DNA of 64,000 bases, taken from assembly GCA_000708835.1 (NCBI GenBank), contig DF236991.1:1-64000 (forward strand). Reading direction: 5' to 3'. A program made the translations under genes and the position numbers. Positions 10,601 to 22,100 of the stretch are shown in pieces; the first letter of the stretch is position 1; each line of letters begins with the position of its first letter. The notes under the pieces are model-generated. The model saw only the letters and a list, made by a program, of their open reading frames with translations. It had not been told where the DNA came from and did not search any database. This DNA comes from Klebsormidium nitens (Eukaryota > Plantae > Klebsormidiophyceae).

Positions 10601-11690
10601 CTTGAGTTCCTTCTGGCGTGACGCAGTTGAGCTCAGCTGATCCAAGAGCCTCAACCTTCAGCATTCCCTTGTTCCCGAATTCGACTTGGAGTCCTTCTGG
10701 GGCAGGTCTGAGATCGAAGAGCTTTGACCTGTCACCTGTCAAGTGGTGAGAGGCTCCACTGTCCAGGAGCCAGTGATTAGAGGCAAACTTGTCCTCAGAT
10801 GCTGAGAAAGCAACAGAATTCGGCTTCTCCTTCTTCTGAGGCTTTCCATGCTTTCCCCAGCACTTGTCTTCTGAGTGACCCTTCTTCCCACAGTGTTCAC
10901 ACTTGTTGGCTGAGAGTTTCTTCTTCCCCTTCGACTCTGATCTGGAGGGAGTTCTTGAGGGACACACGGCAGACTTGTGTCCTCTACCACCACACGTGTA
11001 GCACTCGAGGCCTCCAGGATCTTTCTCCTTTCTTGATCCCTTCCACTCTCTCCTAGGCTGATCCCCTTTCCCGAAGAAAGCTGTGGAATTCATCTTTTCT
11101 TCGAGATTTTCGTCTCTCTCCATTCTTGCTTCATGCTGGAGTAGTAGGGGGAGCACCTTCTCGAGAGTTATTTCTGTAGAGCTGTGTTCGAGGATCATCC
11201 TGATCTCCCTGAACTCTGCAGACAAACCACAAACAGCAGCTAGATCTACGTCACTGGTGTCTAGCTTGGCGTGTAGCAACTCCCTCTTGAGATCTTTTGC
11301 TCTGGAGATATACTTTGCAGCCTTTTCTCCAGGTTCCATCTTCAACGTCGCGAGTTTTTGCCTGAGCATTAGCTTCCTCCCATTCGTGACGCTTTGGAAC
11401 ATCTCTTCGAAGGTACTCCATGCTTTCCTTGCTGAGTCCCCAGCATCTTCAATCACCCCGAGGAATTCTTCTTCCACCTTCAGGCCAATCAGAGCGAGAG
11501 CTTTCTTTTGAGTGACGGCTTCTCTTTTCTTCTGATCCTCTGACCTTCGGTTGAGCACCTCTTCTGACCTTGTCTCTGGTTCGATTGCAGAATCCAGATC
11601 TTTGTGTGTCAGGAGAAGTCTCATCTGAGTCTTCCAGGAGACATAGTTCTCTGAATTCAGCTTGGAGATGAGGAGTTTCTCTGACTCCAT
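7692..11690 (-). CDS. Copia Gag-Pol polyprotein, 1332 aa
   Basis: Two CCHC knuckles (CYTCGGRGHKSAVC, CEHCGKKGHSEDKC), protease WLLDSGASHH, integrase (HMDLCGP, TDRGGEF, PQENGVAER), RT (QLDVKTAFL, WVDD) and RNase H (DANYAGD, KHIDISHHFVRE). Confidence 0.98.
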   Translation of the reverse strand: MESEKLLISKLNSENYVSWKTQMRLLLTHKDLDSAIEPETRSEEVLNRRSEDQKKREAVTQKKALALIGLKVEEEFLGVIEDAGDSARKAWSTFEEMFQSVTNGRKLMLRQKLATLKMEPGEKAAKYISRAKDLKRELLHAKLDTSDVDLAAVCGLSAEFREIRMILEHSSTEITLEKVLPLLLQHEARMERDENLEEKMNSTAFFGKGDQPRREWKGSRKEKDPGGLECYTCGGRGHKSAVCPSRTPSRSESKGKKKLSANKCEHCGKKGHSEDKCWGKHGKPQKKEKPNSVAFSASEDKFASNHWLLDSGASHHLTGDRSKLFDLRPAPEGLQVEFGNKGMLKVEALGSAELNCVTPEGTQVVLLKNVRLVRGVGANLASLTKMLEGGAEVRGSGSQISLLFKQEVVMQAINSDSMLIIQEEGNGQAFSVKEEQSAELWHRRFSHASPEVLAKMAEQESVSNLPVSAKQFRQLKEKVCEPCILGKQTRLPFQNSYSHSSRKPLELLHMDLCGPLPVKSKGGSRYILTVTDDVSRCSVVKFLLEKSQAKSAIIGIVKQLENQLDSRVKEFRTDRGGEFLNKELAQFCSEKGIVHQTTNPYSPQENGVAERLNRILLEKARAMPLQDAGLSKELWAEAVFTANHVRNRTLSRAHGKTPLEVLTGEKPSVSHLRVFGCICYAHVPAPKRKKLDAVAEKGVFVGYEPHTKGYRVLKSDGSIQVSRDVTFQETAEKTEDKPPSTIPQDADEGDLESEGEAEGEPDVINPHGEPEGEPEPATQPGQANPPAEPKPYNLRGDGERRSNSCYTGREWVRANAARQKAEGEPETRTEAMAREDGELWEKAMDDEIASLLENGTWTVEKPPDGVRPVPVRWTFKLKRDKQGQIERYKARFVAKGFKQKHGVDFEEVFAPVSRFPTVRTLLAVAAARDLEIKQLDVKTAFLNGTLEEEIWADQPEGYEVGGSEMKLRLKKSLYGLKQAPRAWYLCLSSEMQKIGFSPSTADPALFCRKDPGKETYTVVWVDDSLVIGTPAAVEETKEALSAVFDIRDLGDANFFLGMEIERDRVIKTLKLTQKRSIKDLLAEHGMADAKARATPMSPAEKPTREGEKLDVSAFPYSRLIGSLLYIANCTRPDISQAVGVLSRFMSKPTRDHWKMARAVLSYLAGTPEVGLSFDGTEGLKLKGFCDANYAGDIDTRRSTTGYVFTLGGGAVSWASKCQPTVACSTVEAEYMAAAFTTKEALWLKKLFADLDIECETVQIGCDNQGAIQLSKHPIASQRSKHIDISHHFVRERIMRREIEFKYVSTERQAADFLTKPVSADKFELCRNLIGLM

Positions 11691-12031
11691 TTCTTCTCTT
11701 TAGCTGAATCTTCGGACAGTCTTCTGCTCGATCTTATCTTTCTGCAGCTCTTCTCACAGGTACTTGAGCGAGTCGCTTCAGAGGTCCCCTGCTTGGCTCA
11801 GAAAGTCTTGATCGTTTTGTTGAAGATTTGTCCGTCTCTCTATCTGCAAGCTCTGCTGCCTCTAACAGTTGCAAATCTTTGCATCACGCTCTCCCCAGGG
11901 AGAGCTGGAAGGTGGTTGGATATTTCACTCAGGCCTTTCCCATAGCTGGCCTGGTGCCACTATGACCGGCTCCAAACCAGACCAACCAGAATGATGCTAG
12001 ATTGCTTGCTTTTCTCACCACCGTGGCGTGG

Positions 12032-12044
12032 TGGGCCCATAACC
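12032..12044 (-). promoter_or_regulatory. Primer-binding site GGTTATGGGCCCA (half-tRNA-iMet type)
   Basis: Immediately follows the 5' LTR. Same motif as the Drosophila copia PBS, which pairs with an internal part of tRNA-iMet; it lacks the TGG needed to pair with a tRNA CCA end. Confidence 0.85.
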
Positions 12045-12294
12045 TGTAGGAGTGCAGCTAGGCTTAGATATGATGCACACACATGGTGGACACCATGGAT
12101 CGAGGCGCTTGCAGAGAGAGTTGTTTTTCTTGTCTCGTGAAGTATGAATTCAGCACAATCACGTTCAGCCTAAGTATGACTGTACTCTAAGCTAATGTTC
12201 GTAGTTAGGCTAACCAACCAAGTTATCGGTTAACCTAGAACTAGATCGAACACTGTCCTCAACTCCGGTCGTATGATCTGATAGATCTACAACA
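12045..12294 (-). repeat. 5' LTR of the copia element
   Basis: Identical to 7415-7664. Confidence 0.97.
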
Positions 12295-13139
12295 GGTTCA
12301 CCTTACAGCGCGCCGGCGTCCGCTTGAGAGTGTTACGGCTGTACGATCCTGGGGGAGAGTGACACGAAGCTTGGAAGACGTGATTGTTTGAGATAGAGAA
12401 AGTGCATGTAGGAGACTAATTGAAAGTCTGGAACGAACAGCTCAGTTCTATACGCGACAATGAGCTTTCAATTCTCGAGGCAGTCTACTTGAGTCGAAGA
12501 CCTAGTGATTACTGGCGAATGCAAGCCTGAAGAGACAGCTAGAGCTGCTCCTTACTGTAGATTATTGCTGCCACTATTAGTGACGAGGACCAGCAACCGC
12601 AAATCAAGACCAAGTGTGACACGCGTTTGACACGGCGGTTGGCTTCGAAATCCCCGGAAACGTGTTGCACGCCGGAATGTTGAAAGTCGAGTCTTCTCTA
12701 ATCAAGACGATTCTCATCAAAGAACGTGCAAGTTCATATTCACACGGGTAAGCCTTTGCGAGACAAGAGATCCGCTCTGCTTGACTTTCAACCGATGCAG
12801 AACTCGAAAAGTGTCCCGTCAAGTCCACAGCTTGATTCATCGACTTAACCAACATGAGCTATCCAGACGCATTCCTTCCTCGAGAACGGCGTTCTTCATT
12901 ACGCGTGCCCGCAATTGCAACCTCTTCGAGGCGCACGTGATTTTGTGGGGTTCACTGTATCTTGAAAAAGCAGATGCCTATCCTGTATGCCCTAACTTAT
13001 TCTACTCCCCCCCCTTTAAAGCAATTGAATAGTGCTCTCGAAGATTGCTCTCTTTACCAATTGCGTCTCATTTAAAAAGGCAACTGTAGTTTCAATCAAA
13101 CAGCATATTGGGGGCCACACGATATAAGGCTTAAATTAC

Positions 13140-13710
13140 ACGTCGGATAGTGCCCCCCAACCTCCGAGTTCACCAATGTCCGCCAGCGTCTTCTGGTACA
13201 CGAGAGCTGGAACTTTTTCGCCACGTCAGCGAGGCCGAGGTCGGCCCGGCTGGTAATCACCCGGGTCAGCGTCTCCCGCTTGCAGAAGTGCACGCTCGCC
13301 TCAGCTCCGCCATCCGCTCCTCCAGTGATCCCTGAAAGCGCGCGCATCAGGGCCGCGAGGAGCGCGCGCGTCTAGCCCGCCGTCCAGAGTATGTCTTCTG
13401 CAATTTCGTCGTTTTGCTCGGCCGCTAGCATCGCCTCGATTTGAAGCACCCCGCCAAACCTGTCGTGCAGGGTTTGCGCGCGCGCGAGCGATAGCGCGAG
13501 CGCGGCGAGGCGGCCGCGGTCCAGAAGCACGGACAGCTCCGTCAATACGTCCGTCCGCGAGGGGAACTGCTTACAGTCGTTCCGGACGAAGGACAGCGCT
13601 TGCGTGTAGCGTGAAGAGATACCCTCGAATGCAGCGACCCCGCGAGCGCGTCGAGCGCGCGCTTCAGGGTGCCGGACAGCTCTTTGGAGATGACCCCTGT
13701 GGATGGCTTC
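13140..13710 (-). pseudogene. Decayed GC-rich coding sequence of unknown family
   Basis: GC3-rich, helical-looking frame (RYTQALSFVRNDCKQFP...EIAEDILWTAG*TRALLAALMRAL) with an in-frame TAG at 13372 and apparent frameshifts. Confidence 0.4.
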
Positions 13711-14027
13711 ACGCAGATTCGTACGCGCGCGGTTTTGCGGACGGCCCACCAAGATCGACTGAGCCTCCTTCACAAAGGTAGCACGGCGTCTTACTTTGAA
13801 ACCCTGAAAGTTTGCCAAGCGGACTGATTGAGGAAAAATTAAGGGTCGCATTCGATGGGTTAACTGGTGAATATAGAGTCGCGGAGAGGCGGACTCATTG
13901 CTCGACGTTCGGTTTTCTAATTTGTGGTGTTTGGAAGAGGGTAGCGGAGCAAAAAGTGCTTTGTGTGCAAACCCAGCGGGCTCCCTCACACAAGTATGTA
14001 AGTCGAAGCAGCTTCGACACAGAAAGG

Positions 14028-14220
14028 TATGGCTGCTAACCAGGTTATTACCAGACTTATGTCTCAAATGATTTGACAAAGAATATGGCTTTAATCTGTT
14101 TCTAGGCTAGTTACCGCCCAAGTTTGGTTATTGGACACTTAACCACTTTAATTTCTAATTAGCCCATAACCAGAAAAGAACCATCTATTGTTAAGAGTCG
14201 AAACCTTCTGTTTCCTTTAG
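14028..14220 (+). repeat. ~180-nt dispersed repeat, copy 6 (intergenic), ending in a pyrimidine tract and AG
   Basis: tatggctgctaaccaggttattaccag...agcccataaccag...gttaagagtcgaaaccttctgtttcctttag. Confidence 0.75.
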
Positions 14221-14301
14221 ACTCCAGTGTCGAGGTCTGAACATTCTCCACCATGCTCTCAGCACCTACGATTCGTGCCTTCAAACATAGCCTTCTTAGC
14301 T

Positions 14302-14402
14302 GTCGGTGTAGCAACATCCCCTCGTATTTAGCCTGCTAGTCGTCGAACACAACCGCGACCCGGGTCCTTGGTCGCGGGTTCGATTCGAAACTGGCCGCCG
14401 AC
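14302..14402 (+). ncRNA. tRNA-like structured element (SINE head or Pol III ncRNA), copy A
   Basis: GTCGGTG/CGCCGAC terminal stem, TAGC at tRNA positions 8-11, CGCGACC/GGTCGCG hairpin, B-box-like GGTTCGA; homologous to 23760-23848. Confidence 0.5.
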
Positions 14403-16151
14403 AGCCTGACAGCCTGCGACATTTTCCCTCTTTTGAGCAGAGTGTAGAAGTTAGCGATCAGCGCAGGATTCTGCTTATTCTATGTCGTTCTTGGTTGCAT
14501 CTACGATCCAGACTCTTTTCCAGCAAAGCCAAAGCCTTGTGCCGGTGGTAGTCACATTGGGGGGAAGTGCACTGGGGGGCTATAGCAACTCAGGTACCCA
14601 TCATGAACCGATAACATCCACTGATAACATCACCAGATCATTTTGATATTACCTTGTGCATAGGCGCGTAATATCTGGAACAAGCGGAGGCGGATACTGC
14701 GAGAGCGTTCCTGGCCTGCATGACGTCATCGGCCTTATCTATGTGGCGGTAATTAACGTCAGAATCCGAGAGCCTTCTATTGACAGCTTAAAGGGCATAC
14801 TGGTGGACATCTGGAAAGGATTTACTCACCAGTTCGTGGATAACGAGGCCGCCTTGAATTTACAGGTCACTGGATTACCTCGATGGGCTCGAATACCGCC
14901 TCTGTAAGAGATGCGAGAGAAAAGTATGAGAAGTACGCACAACTTGTATGCAGACTAGCTGTGGCACGCCGGAAGTCATGAATCCTGTTCCGATGCGACT
15001 ATAATTGTCCATTGAAGATTTGAAATGCTGCAATTGGACTATTTTGAAGAATGAACAAAACTGTTTTCGAACCTTTGTCGGTCTCGACGACCACAATATG
15101 CGTTTAAATAGGGTAGAGACAGCTTGAAACGAAATGTGTAGATACGTACAAGTCTCTTCGGTCCTGAAAATGGTTCATTGACGAACAAGCGGCGCCCCTG
15201 ACTTTTGAATTGTGCAAAGGATGCTTTTGAAAAGTTCGAGAAAAAGCTTGGCTCATCTGTGAAAGCAATTTCCCGATCGTCAAGTCGAATAAGATCCTAG
15301 CTTGTCGAGAATTCTTGAATAAGCGGTCAGGGATGAAGGCAAAGCTTTTAAGCTGTGATAGAAGACAGCGTCACTCGCGGTCCAATCGATAGACGAGACA
15401 GAAACATGTAATCTGAAGAGTAGGCTCATAATATCTGTCATGTTTTCCTTTCAAGAGAAACGAGGAATCCAGCATGTTCGTTTAGGAGAGAGCCGATGAG
15501 CAAGGAAAAAGTTGAGCAATTCCTCAAGGGAAGGACAACGTAGGAAAATTTTCGTGATTCGAACAATAATCGACAGCGATGCTGCCATTTCTATTAGAGT
15601 ATGAAGAAGAATCTGCAGACCTCGAGATTGCCTAATCACAGCCATTATCAGATTGTTTTCAACTGGAGGCGTGAAACCTATCGATCAATCTTTTCTTGAA
15701 TGAGTTGCGCCTGCTTCAACTTTGGGGCAGGTTTCTTCTAAGCTTTCACCTTCATCAGATGGCCTGTAAGCTGACTGCATCTTCTGGAACGTCCCATAGT
15801 CTCTTCGACCTCACGGCAATATCGGCGCAACCCTGCAACGTCTGCCTTTGGTGAGGCGCTATCTGGTCTTGGGGAAACCAGCTCCTTGCTTGCGTATGGG
15901 ATGATGTTTGCTTTCAGAGTTTGTGCTGCGAGAATGATGAAGCGCATGACTAAGCTTTCACAGAAGGAACTAGAGAAAAGTGGGCAGAAGGTTTAGTACG
16001 AGTCTCCGCGAAGCATGTGCCGTCCACTTTAGTGAATTTCCAAAGCAATTTGTTGTAGCACAATCGCTGAAAACATCCACTAAAGTCGCTCAGGAGGAAG
16101 CACGCTCCAGAAAACGCCAGGCGGTTTGGAGGTTATCTTGATCGCGCCAGC

Positions 16152-19100
16152 ATGTCGGCCGCGTTCAGAAGAAGCCTCGACTCTTCTGTCTTACAGATGG
16201 TCCGTGAAGAAGAAGACCCTCCCAGAACCTTTCGTCTAGAGAGGCGTCTCTCTTGGAAGGCGTCAGAGGCAGCTTCAAAGGCCAGCAAACCAAGGGAGGG
16301 TGACGTCAGCGGTTCACCTTTGATTGCAGAGGGAGGATCGTCAACGGGTGACGTAAGCACAAAGCAAGAGGGAGGGGCTTCGAACAAGGAAGGGTTTTCT
16401 GAGACCCGTTCAACTGGGTTGTCTCCTTTCAGGCTGGAAACGGGGCGCCGGTCTGACTCGCCGGTTAGCGTCCGGACCAGGGTTAAGTTCTGGGAGGTGA
16501 AAGCGGGGGAAGGAGCGCCTTCGAGAGGGGCAATATTGGCGAGATATCCTGAAGAGGGGTTTGTAGATCATTCTAAGAATTACGTGCTAGCTAACAAAGC
16601 CAAGCAAAGTGAGTGCGCAAAAGCTGTTGCAGAAAATCCAGGCGCCTGTGGAATAACGGGGAAGCGTGATCAGCAAGATCCTGCGAGCAATGCTTTGAAA
16701 AGATCAGAGGGGTCCGACATGACCCAGGTGCTTGAAAACAAGGATCGTGTTGCCAGGAAGGCGTTTGTACCAGCAGATGTACCCAGAGCAGTTGGTGACG
16801 TCAGAAAGTGTGCCGATCTAGAGATGGGTTTGGAAGAAGCGGCGCTGAAGGACGGAGAGAAGCCGACGACGCCACCGGAGCCGGAAGAGGACGGAAGGGC
16901 AGGAAAGCGGACGACTGAATCAGGACAGCACGGTACGGTTGTAATTTGGGTAGGGGAAGCGGAAACGGGCAGGACGGGCAACCCAAGGACCAGCGGATCA
17001 GACCGGGAAGGAGCGGAACCACTCGTCGTAGTACAATCAGAGCGGAACGGAGCGGAACAATCCGCCGTGATGGAAGTAGAGGGGAACGAAGTGGAACAAT
17101 CAGCGGTGAAGGTTCCAGAGCGGAACGTGGCGGAACTACATGTGATGGTGGAAAACGCGGGAAAATCAGCAATGGCGGAACCAGAGCGGAACGAAGCGGA
17201 ACCAACAACGGCGACGGAATCTAAGAAATACGGAGCGGAACAACTAGGGCCGACGGTTTTCCCTGTCCGGGGCTGGTCGGGCCGGTGGGCTGTTTACCTC
17301 GCCAACCGGAAAGCGCAGGCGACGATCCTGCTAATGTGGCTCGCGGCGAATGCGGGGCTGTTTGCCTACATGTACGTGTACTCGATGGAAAAACCGGAGT
17401 ACCAGATAGTGGGGTAAGCAAGTTTTGATTTGAAGGAAGGTCTTCGTTTGGATTCTGATTTTCCCCTACGCTTTGGAGGTTTGGGACCTCAAAGTGCAGT
17501 TTGGCTTGATCAATTTGAAAAAGTTTTTCAGAACTTTCCTAAGGCTCACCTCAACCGCAATTCCTTTGAAGGCAACTTGCTGTTAGACGATCTGATCCAT
17601 GGCGGACTACGTCACTCAATGTCTGTAACCATTACTTTGGCCCTTCTCAGTATTTTCTCTTTTCCGCGTGGCAAAATAAGGCGCGCTCGGATGGAAATTA
17701 ACGGTTCGAACTCTTTCTACCTCGAAGAATCAGGTCAAAACACTCAGCACTTCCGCAGCTTTTGGTTTTGCATTGCGCGCGGCGCGGGCGAAGCGCTCAA
17801 GCTGAACCTGGCCCTCATCCTGCTCCCCGTCTCCCGCCTGACCACCACGACGCTCTGGAATCACGCGCGCGGCCGCGCGGCCGCGCTTCCTGTTCAATCG
17901 GCTTCTACATTCCATGAGGTACGCCCCTTTTGTCCTAGCTTATCGAGCGGGCTTGAAAACGGATCTAAACGTTTTGAATGTTGATAGAAGGTTCGCGGGA
18001 GTCATGTTGGCAGACACGAGCCTTGGAGTCGACGGGTATCTCTGAATTTGAAGGAAATAACGGTCCAGCGTACGATTTACCGCTGCTGATTGAGAGCCCA
18101 CTGGTCGCAACCTCACAAGATTGCGCATCGTTAACCTCTTAACCCACTTCATCATGATTCACGGTTGGCAGTCCATCTTGTCGATTCGAAAAGGAGTGAC
18201 TGAAGTTGAACGCTTGTTAGCGAGCGATCCGTTTCCATGTTCTGTCCGTTGAAACACATCCAGTAAAGGTCAAAGAATCAAAGTGTTTCGAGTCTACAGT
18301 AACACCCATCGTTTTCCTTTTCCAGATCATCGGCTTGGCGCTCCTTTTCTGGACTCTGCTCCACGCGGTCGTCCATCTGACGGCCACGTACCCGCGCCTC
18401 GCGGCCGCGAACGCGGGGAGGTTTGAGGGTTTAGTGGGCGACGTCTACGGCGACGCGCAGCCCAACTACTGGGCGCTCCTGAAAACGCAAACGGCCGTCA
18501 CCGGGTTTATGATCATCGCGATCCTGCTCATAGCGTATCCGCTCGCCGCTCCGTGCGTCCGGCGGTGCAGGATGAAGTAAGGCAACGGAGTCACCGCTGT
18601 TGATTCTCTATTGTTGAATAAATGGTTTGAGAATCTGAATTTCGATGCTCGCTTGATAGTTTTTGCACGCGCTTCAAAGACTTTGATGGATGAGGGTAGG
18701 TTGGGGCGAACGAGAAAAAGAAGAAAGTTGATCTCGTCTCGAGCGCAGAAGCGAAAACGCGATGGAATATCGGCAATAGTAGGAGCTCTCTGGGCGGACA
18801 AGAACCCGTTTTTTGAAATGGGTTGTGAGGTTCTCGCAAGCTTCAAATCTGATCTAGAAATTTGCTGATTGATTCCGAACTGAATCAAGAGGGGAAGGGA
18901 AACCGCGAGAACGGCTTCGGCTTCGAGATTCGTTCAGCACTTTCATATGAGCCCTCAGCCTGAAATTCTCCTTCTCGGCGCAGGAACGTCGTTCTCCGCC
19001 ACGTGACCGGGTTCGAGGCCTTCTGGTACAGCCACGTGTTGCTCCTGCTGTGCTTCCCGCTCGTGATCCTGCACGGCTCGCGGCGGCCGCTCGGCGGCTA

Positions 19101-22100
19101 CCCGACGACCTCGGTGAGGGCCAGTTCTCGGAGGGGTTTTTAGGTTTCAGTACTTTCATAGTTCCCGTCTCCTTTAAAGACTTCGCTATAAAAACGAAAA
19201 GAGGGCGTCTTGTAACCACGCGGGTGTCCAATCGCTGCTCACGACTTGTGTTTTCCTGTACGGAATATGCAATGGTAGGAAGTTATGGATCCCTCCCAAT
19301 TCCATTTTCAGCGAAGCAGTTTCGCGCACGAGCAGATCTTCTGTTTTTTGACCAAGACAGATAATCCGCAGAGAAAGAAAGGGGGTCCGCCGTAGCAGGC
19401 TTCCGCCGTCTTTGTTGACACGAAGTGTGGATTGGCTGGCGTTCATCATGCAATCATCTTTCTTATGCACAGACCTGGATATGGCTGGCCGCGCCGCTGC
19501 TATTCTACGCTCTCGACCGCGGATTCCGCGCAGCAAGGATCTGGCGGAACCGGAACCGGGCGCCGTGTCTCCAGGTTAGCGCTACGGATCTCGCAACGCG
19601 TTAATTCCAGCCGGCAGTACGCGGTATCAAGTCTCTAACTTAGCAGAGGAAAGAGTATTCATTTGGAGCAAGGTGAGCACTTCCATTTAGGGAGTGTCAA
19701 TTCCGGAGATTCAATAATACTAATGCATAGATGAAAAAGATAGATTATTGGGCTCAAATGTCTCAAAGTCGCTGGCTTCGGTATCGTAAGCGTTTGTCTT
19801 TTAGAGATGCAGAATTGCGCTTCTATATTTGCAAAAGCAAGCGGGCGAGGTTTGGGCTCCGTTAAGATTTCAGTAGGCAGAAGCAGAAGGTTAAATTTAC
19901 AGAAGGGGATTCAAGAAGATCTAATGTTTGTATCAAGTCCAGGCGGAGACTTTTTCCGGTGAGGTGCTTGGCCTGACGCTAGCCCGTCCCCCGGGCTTCG
20001 ATTACCGGCCGGGGCAGTACGTTTTCATAAACTGCCCGCGGGTGTCCGCTTTCCAATGGTGAGCGCTTTTAACCGTACCGCTGTGGTAACCCGTTTTCGT
20101 GTACGTACCTGGATATGAAAACTTCCACGAAAAGCGTCCCACATCAAGGCTTGTGGCGGCCCATCCGTAACGGCTATTGAATGCCCGTTATTGGATTCAG
20201 AACCACGTAGCATTCTGAGCGACTGCAGAGGTATAGATTCGGGCTTCCTGTCGCCGTATGAGAAACGTCGTACTATTCCGTGTTTTCTGTCGCGTCGTAG
20301 AACGATCTAAGCGCTCCCGACGAAGTTCTCATTGTGCTAGGACAAAATGGCTTACCGAATTGTAAGTGGGCTCTTCCAGGCACCCTTTCAGCCTGACGTC
20401 CGCCCCGTCGGACGCCCTCCTGCGGGTCCACATCCGGACGTCCGTCGGCGACTGGACTTCCGCGCTGGGCCAGACTTTTCACCAGGTTCGTCTCTCGTAT
20501 CCCGTCTCGCGTCTCTCTTCTCGTCTCTGGAACTCAAAATGTTGTCGTTACTCCAGACGGGAAATTGAAAACTTGGTTTGTGCCTTCTTCCTGCGGACGT
20601 TGAATTCTGTCGGCGTCCGGACGTCTGCTTTCAGACAATATTCTTCCTCCATCTTTCTTCCAACCATAAAGTCCGGACTTGTAAAGATACCGGCTGAATG
20701 CGGTATTCTTGAGGAGTTGGTTTCAGTTCGCATACGCTTATTCCTGGAGGCCTGGGCGTACTATATTGCCCCTACTACTCTGTAAAAAAGTCCTGACGAG
20801 CATCCGAAGGTTCTCTTTTTGGTCAATGCTTCTTACTTCATGCCTTGTTCTTTTCTCAGGCTCTTACTGGGAACAGTTTCGCCACGGAAAGCACTGATCT
20901 GGAGGCTGGGAAGTTTCCACGTGTCTTTCTGGACGCTGACAAGCCGCCACGTGTACCCCCGGTTGCTCTGCCCCGGCTGCTTCTGGACGGGCCCTACGCG
21001 GCGCCGTCTCAGGACTTCGCCCGGTTCAAAGTGGTCATTCTCATCGGGGCTGGGATCGGTGTGACGCCGTTTGCGAGCGTTGTAAGAGAGTACTTACGCC
21101 ATCTGAGACCAAGGTTTGAGGTAAGAAGGCGGCACGACAATCTGTCAACCTGAGCCGACAAACAAGATTCGTATGCTGAAGGGGGATTTTACCTGTACCT
21201 GCAATCGCCGCGTTTTTAAGAGGTCCCCAATCCGCAGCAGTTGTCGAACTCTTATTATTTTCCTTTCTAGCTGGAGCGCTTTGGGATTTTGCCTGGAGAC
21301 ACTTCATGCTCATTCAGCGGCTTTCCTCTCGACATTCAGAAAATACTTCTCTAGCATCAGGTTGAATTATTTTCCGGCTCGTTCCGTCTCCACCTTGACT
21401 CGATAAGAACACCGTTGAACGCAGGTCAGTCAAACTTCAATCCCAAACTTCTTCGTATGCTCGCAGGAGAACAAAAGTAGCGTTTCAGCAAGCCAGGAGA
21501 CGCTGTTCTCGCCCGCGGAACAAGAAAGCTGCGCACCAGTCGCAACGCGACACGTGGCTGCACACGGGGCCGCCAGATTGGAGAAAGTGTATCTGCACTG
21601 GGTCGCAAAGGACCGCGCGGCCCTTGCTTGGATTGAGCGTCACTTCGACGATGCGCCTTGGACGCATTCATCCCGAAACAAAGTGAGTTTTTGGCATACG
21701 CTTTTTTTAACGGAATATCCGAGGATATGGGATGTCATCTAAGAAGCTAGACAACGATTTGAATAGAGCCCTTTGGAGCTGCAAACTAAAACACGGTAGA
21801 CTGCCTTTTGGCATCAGACAGGAATAGTGCAGACGGGCCCCGATTGCTCAGAAGCCTTTTTGCGCTCTGCGTTACACGGACTTATCTTTACGCAACCGCC
21901 CGATTGGCAGAACCTCGTTACAAAGCAACTGCGGAGATATTGTAATCGGTTAGAAAATTGCTTCCTTGCAGCTAGAGATGACGAGCTATCTGACGAGAGA
22001 GAGAGCGCTAGACGCGGCCGCGGCCGCGACCGCGGGGGCGTTCGCGCGGGCTGACCGCGGCACCGTCGACGTGGCACTGGGCGGCGATTCTGAAGCGGCG

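Larger units (their letters stand above)
7415..12294 (-). mobile_element. Full-length Ty1/copia LTR retrotransposon, 4880 bp
   Basis: Two identical 250-bp LTRs with TG..CA ends, 5-bp TSD GGTTC (7410-7414 and 12295-12299), PBS, PPT and one intact gag-pol ORF in copia order (PR-IN-RT-RH). Confidence 0.98.

Noticed and set aside
7801-11511. Many short ORFs overlapping gag-pol (possible env or antisense genes)
   Set aside because: They are shadows of the main frame with no motifs. Only ~27 bp separate the pol stop from the LTR, leaving no room for env.
13372-13374. Programmed stop-codon readthrough
   Set aside because: Additional frame switches nearby fit decay better than recoding.
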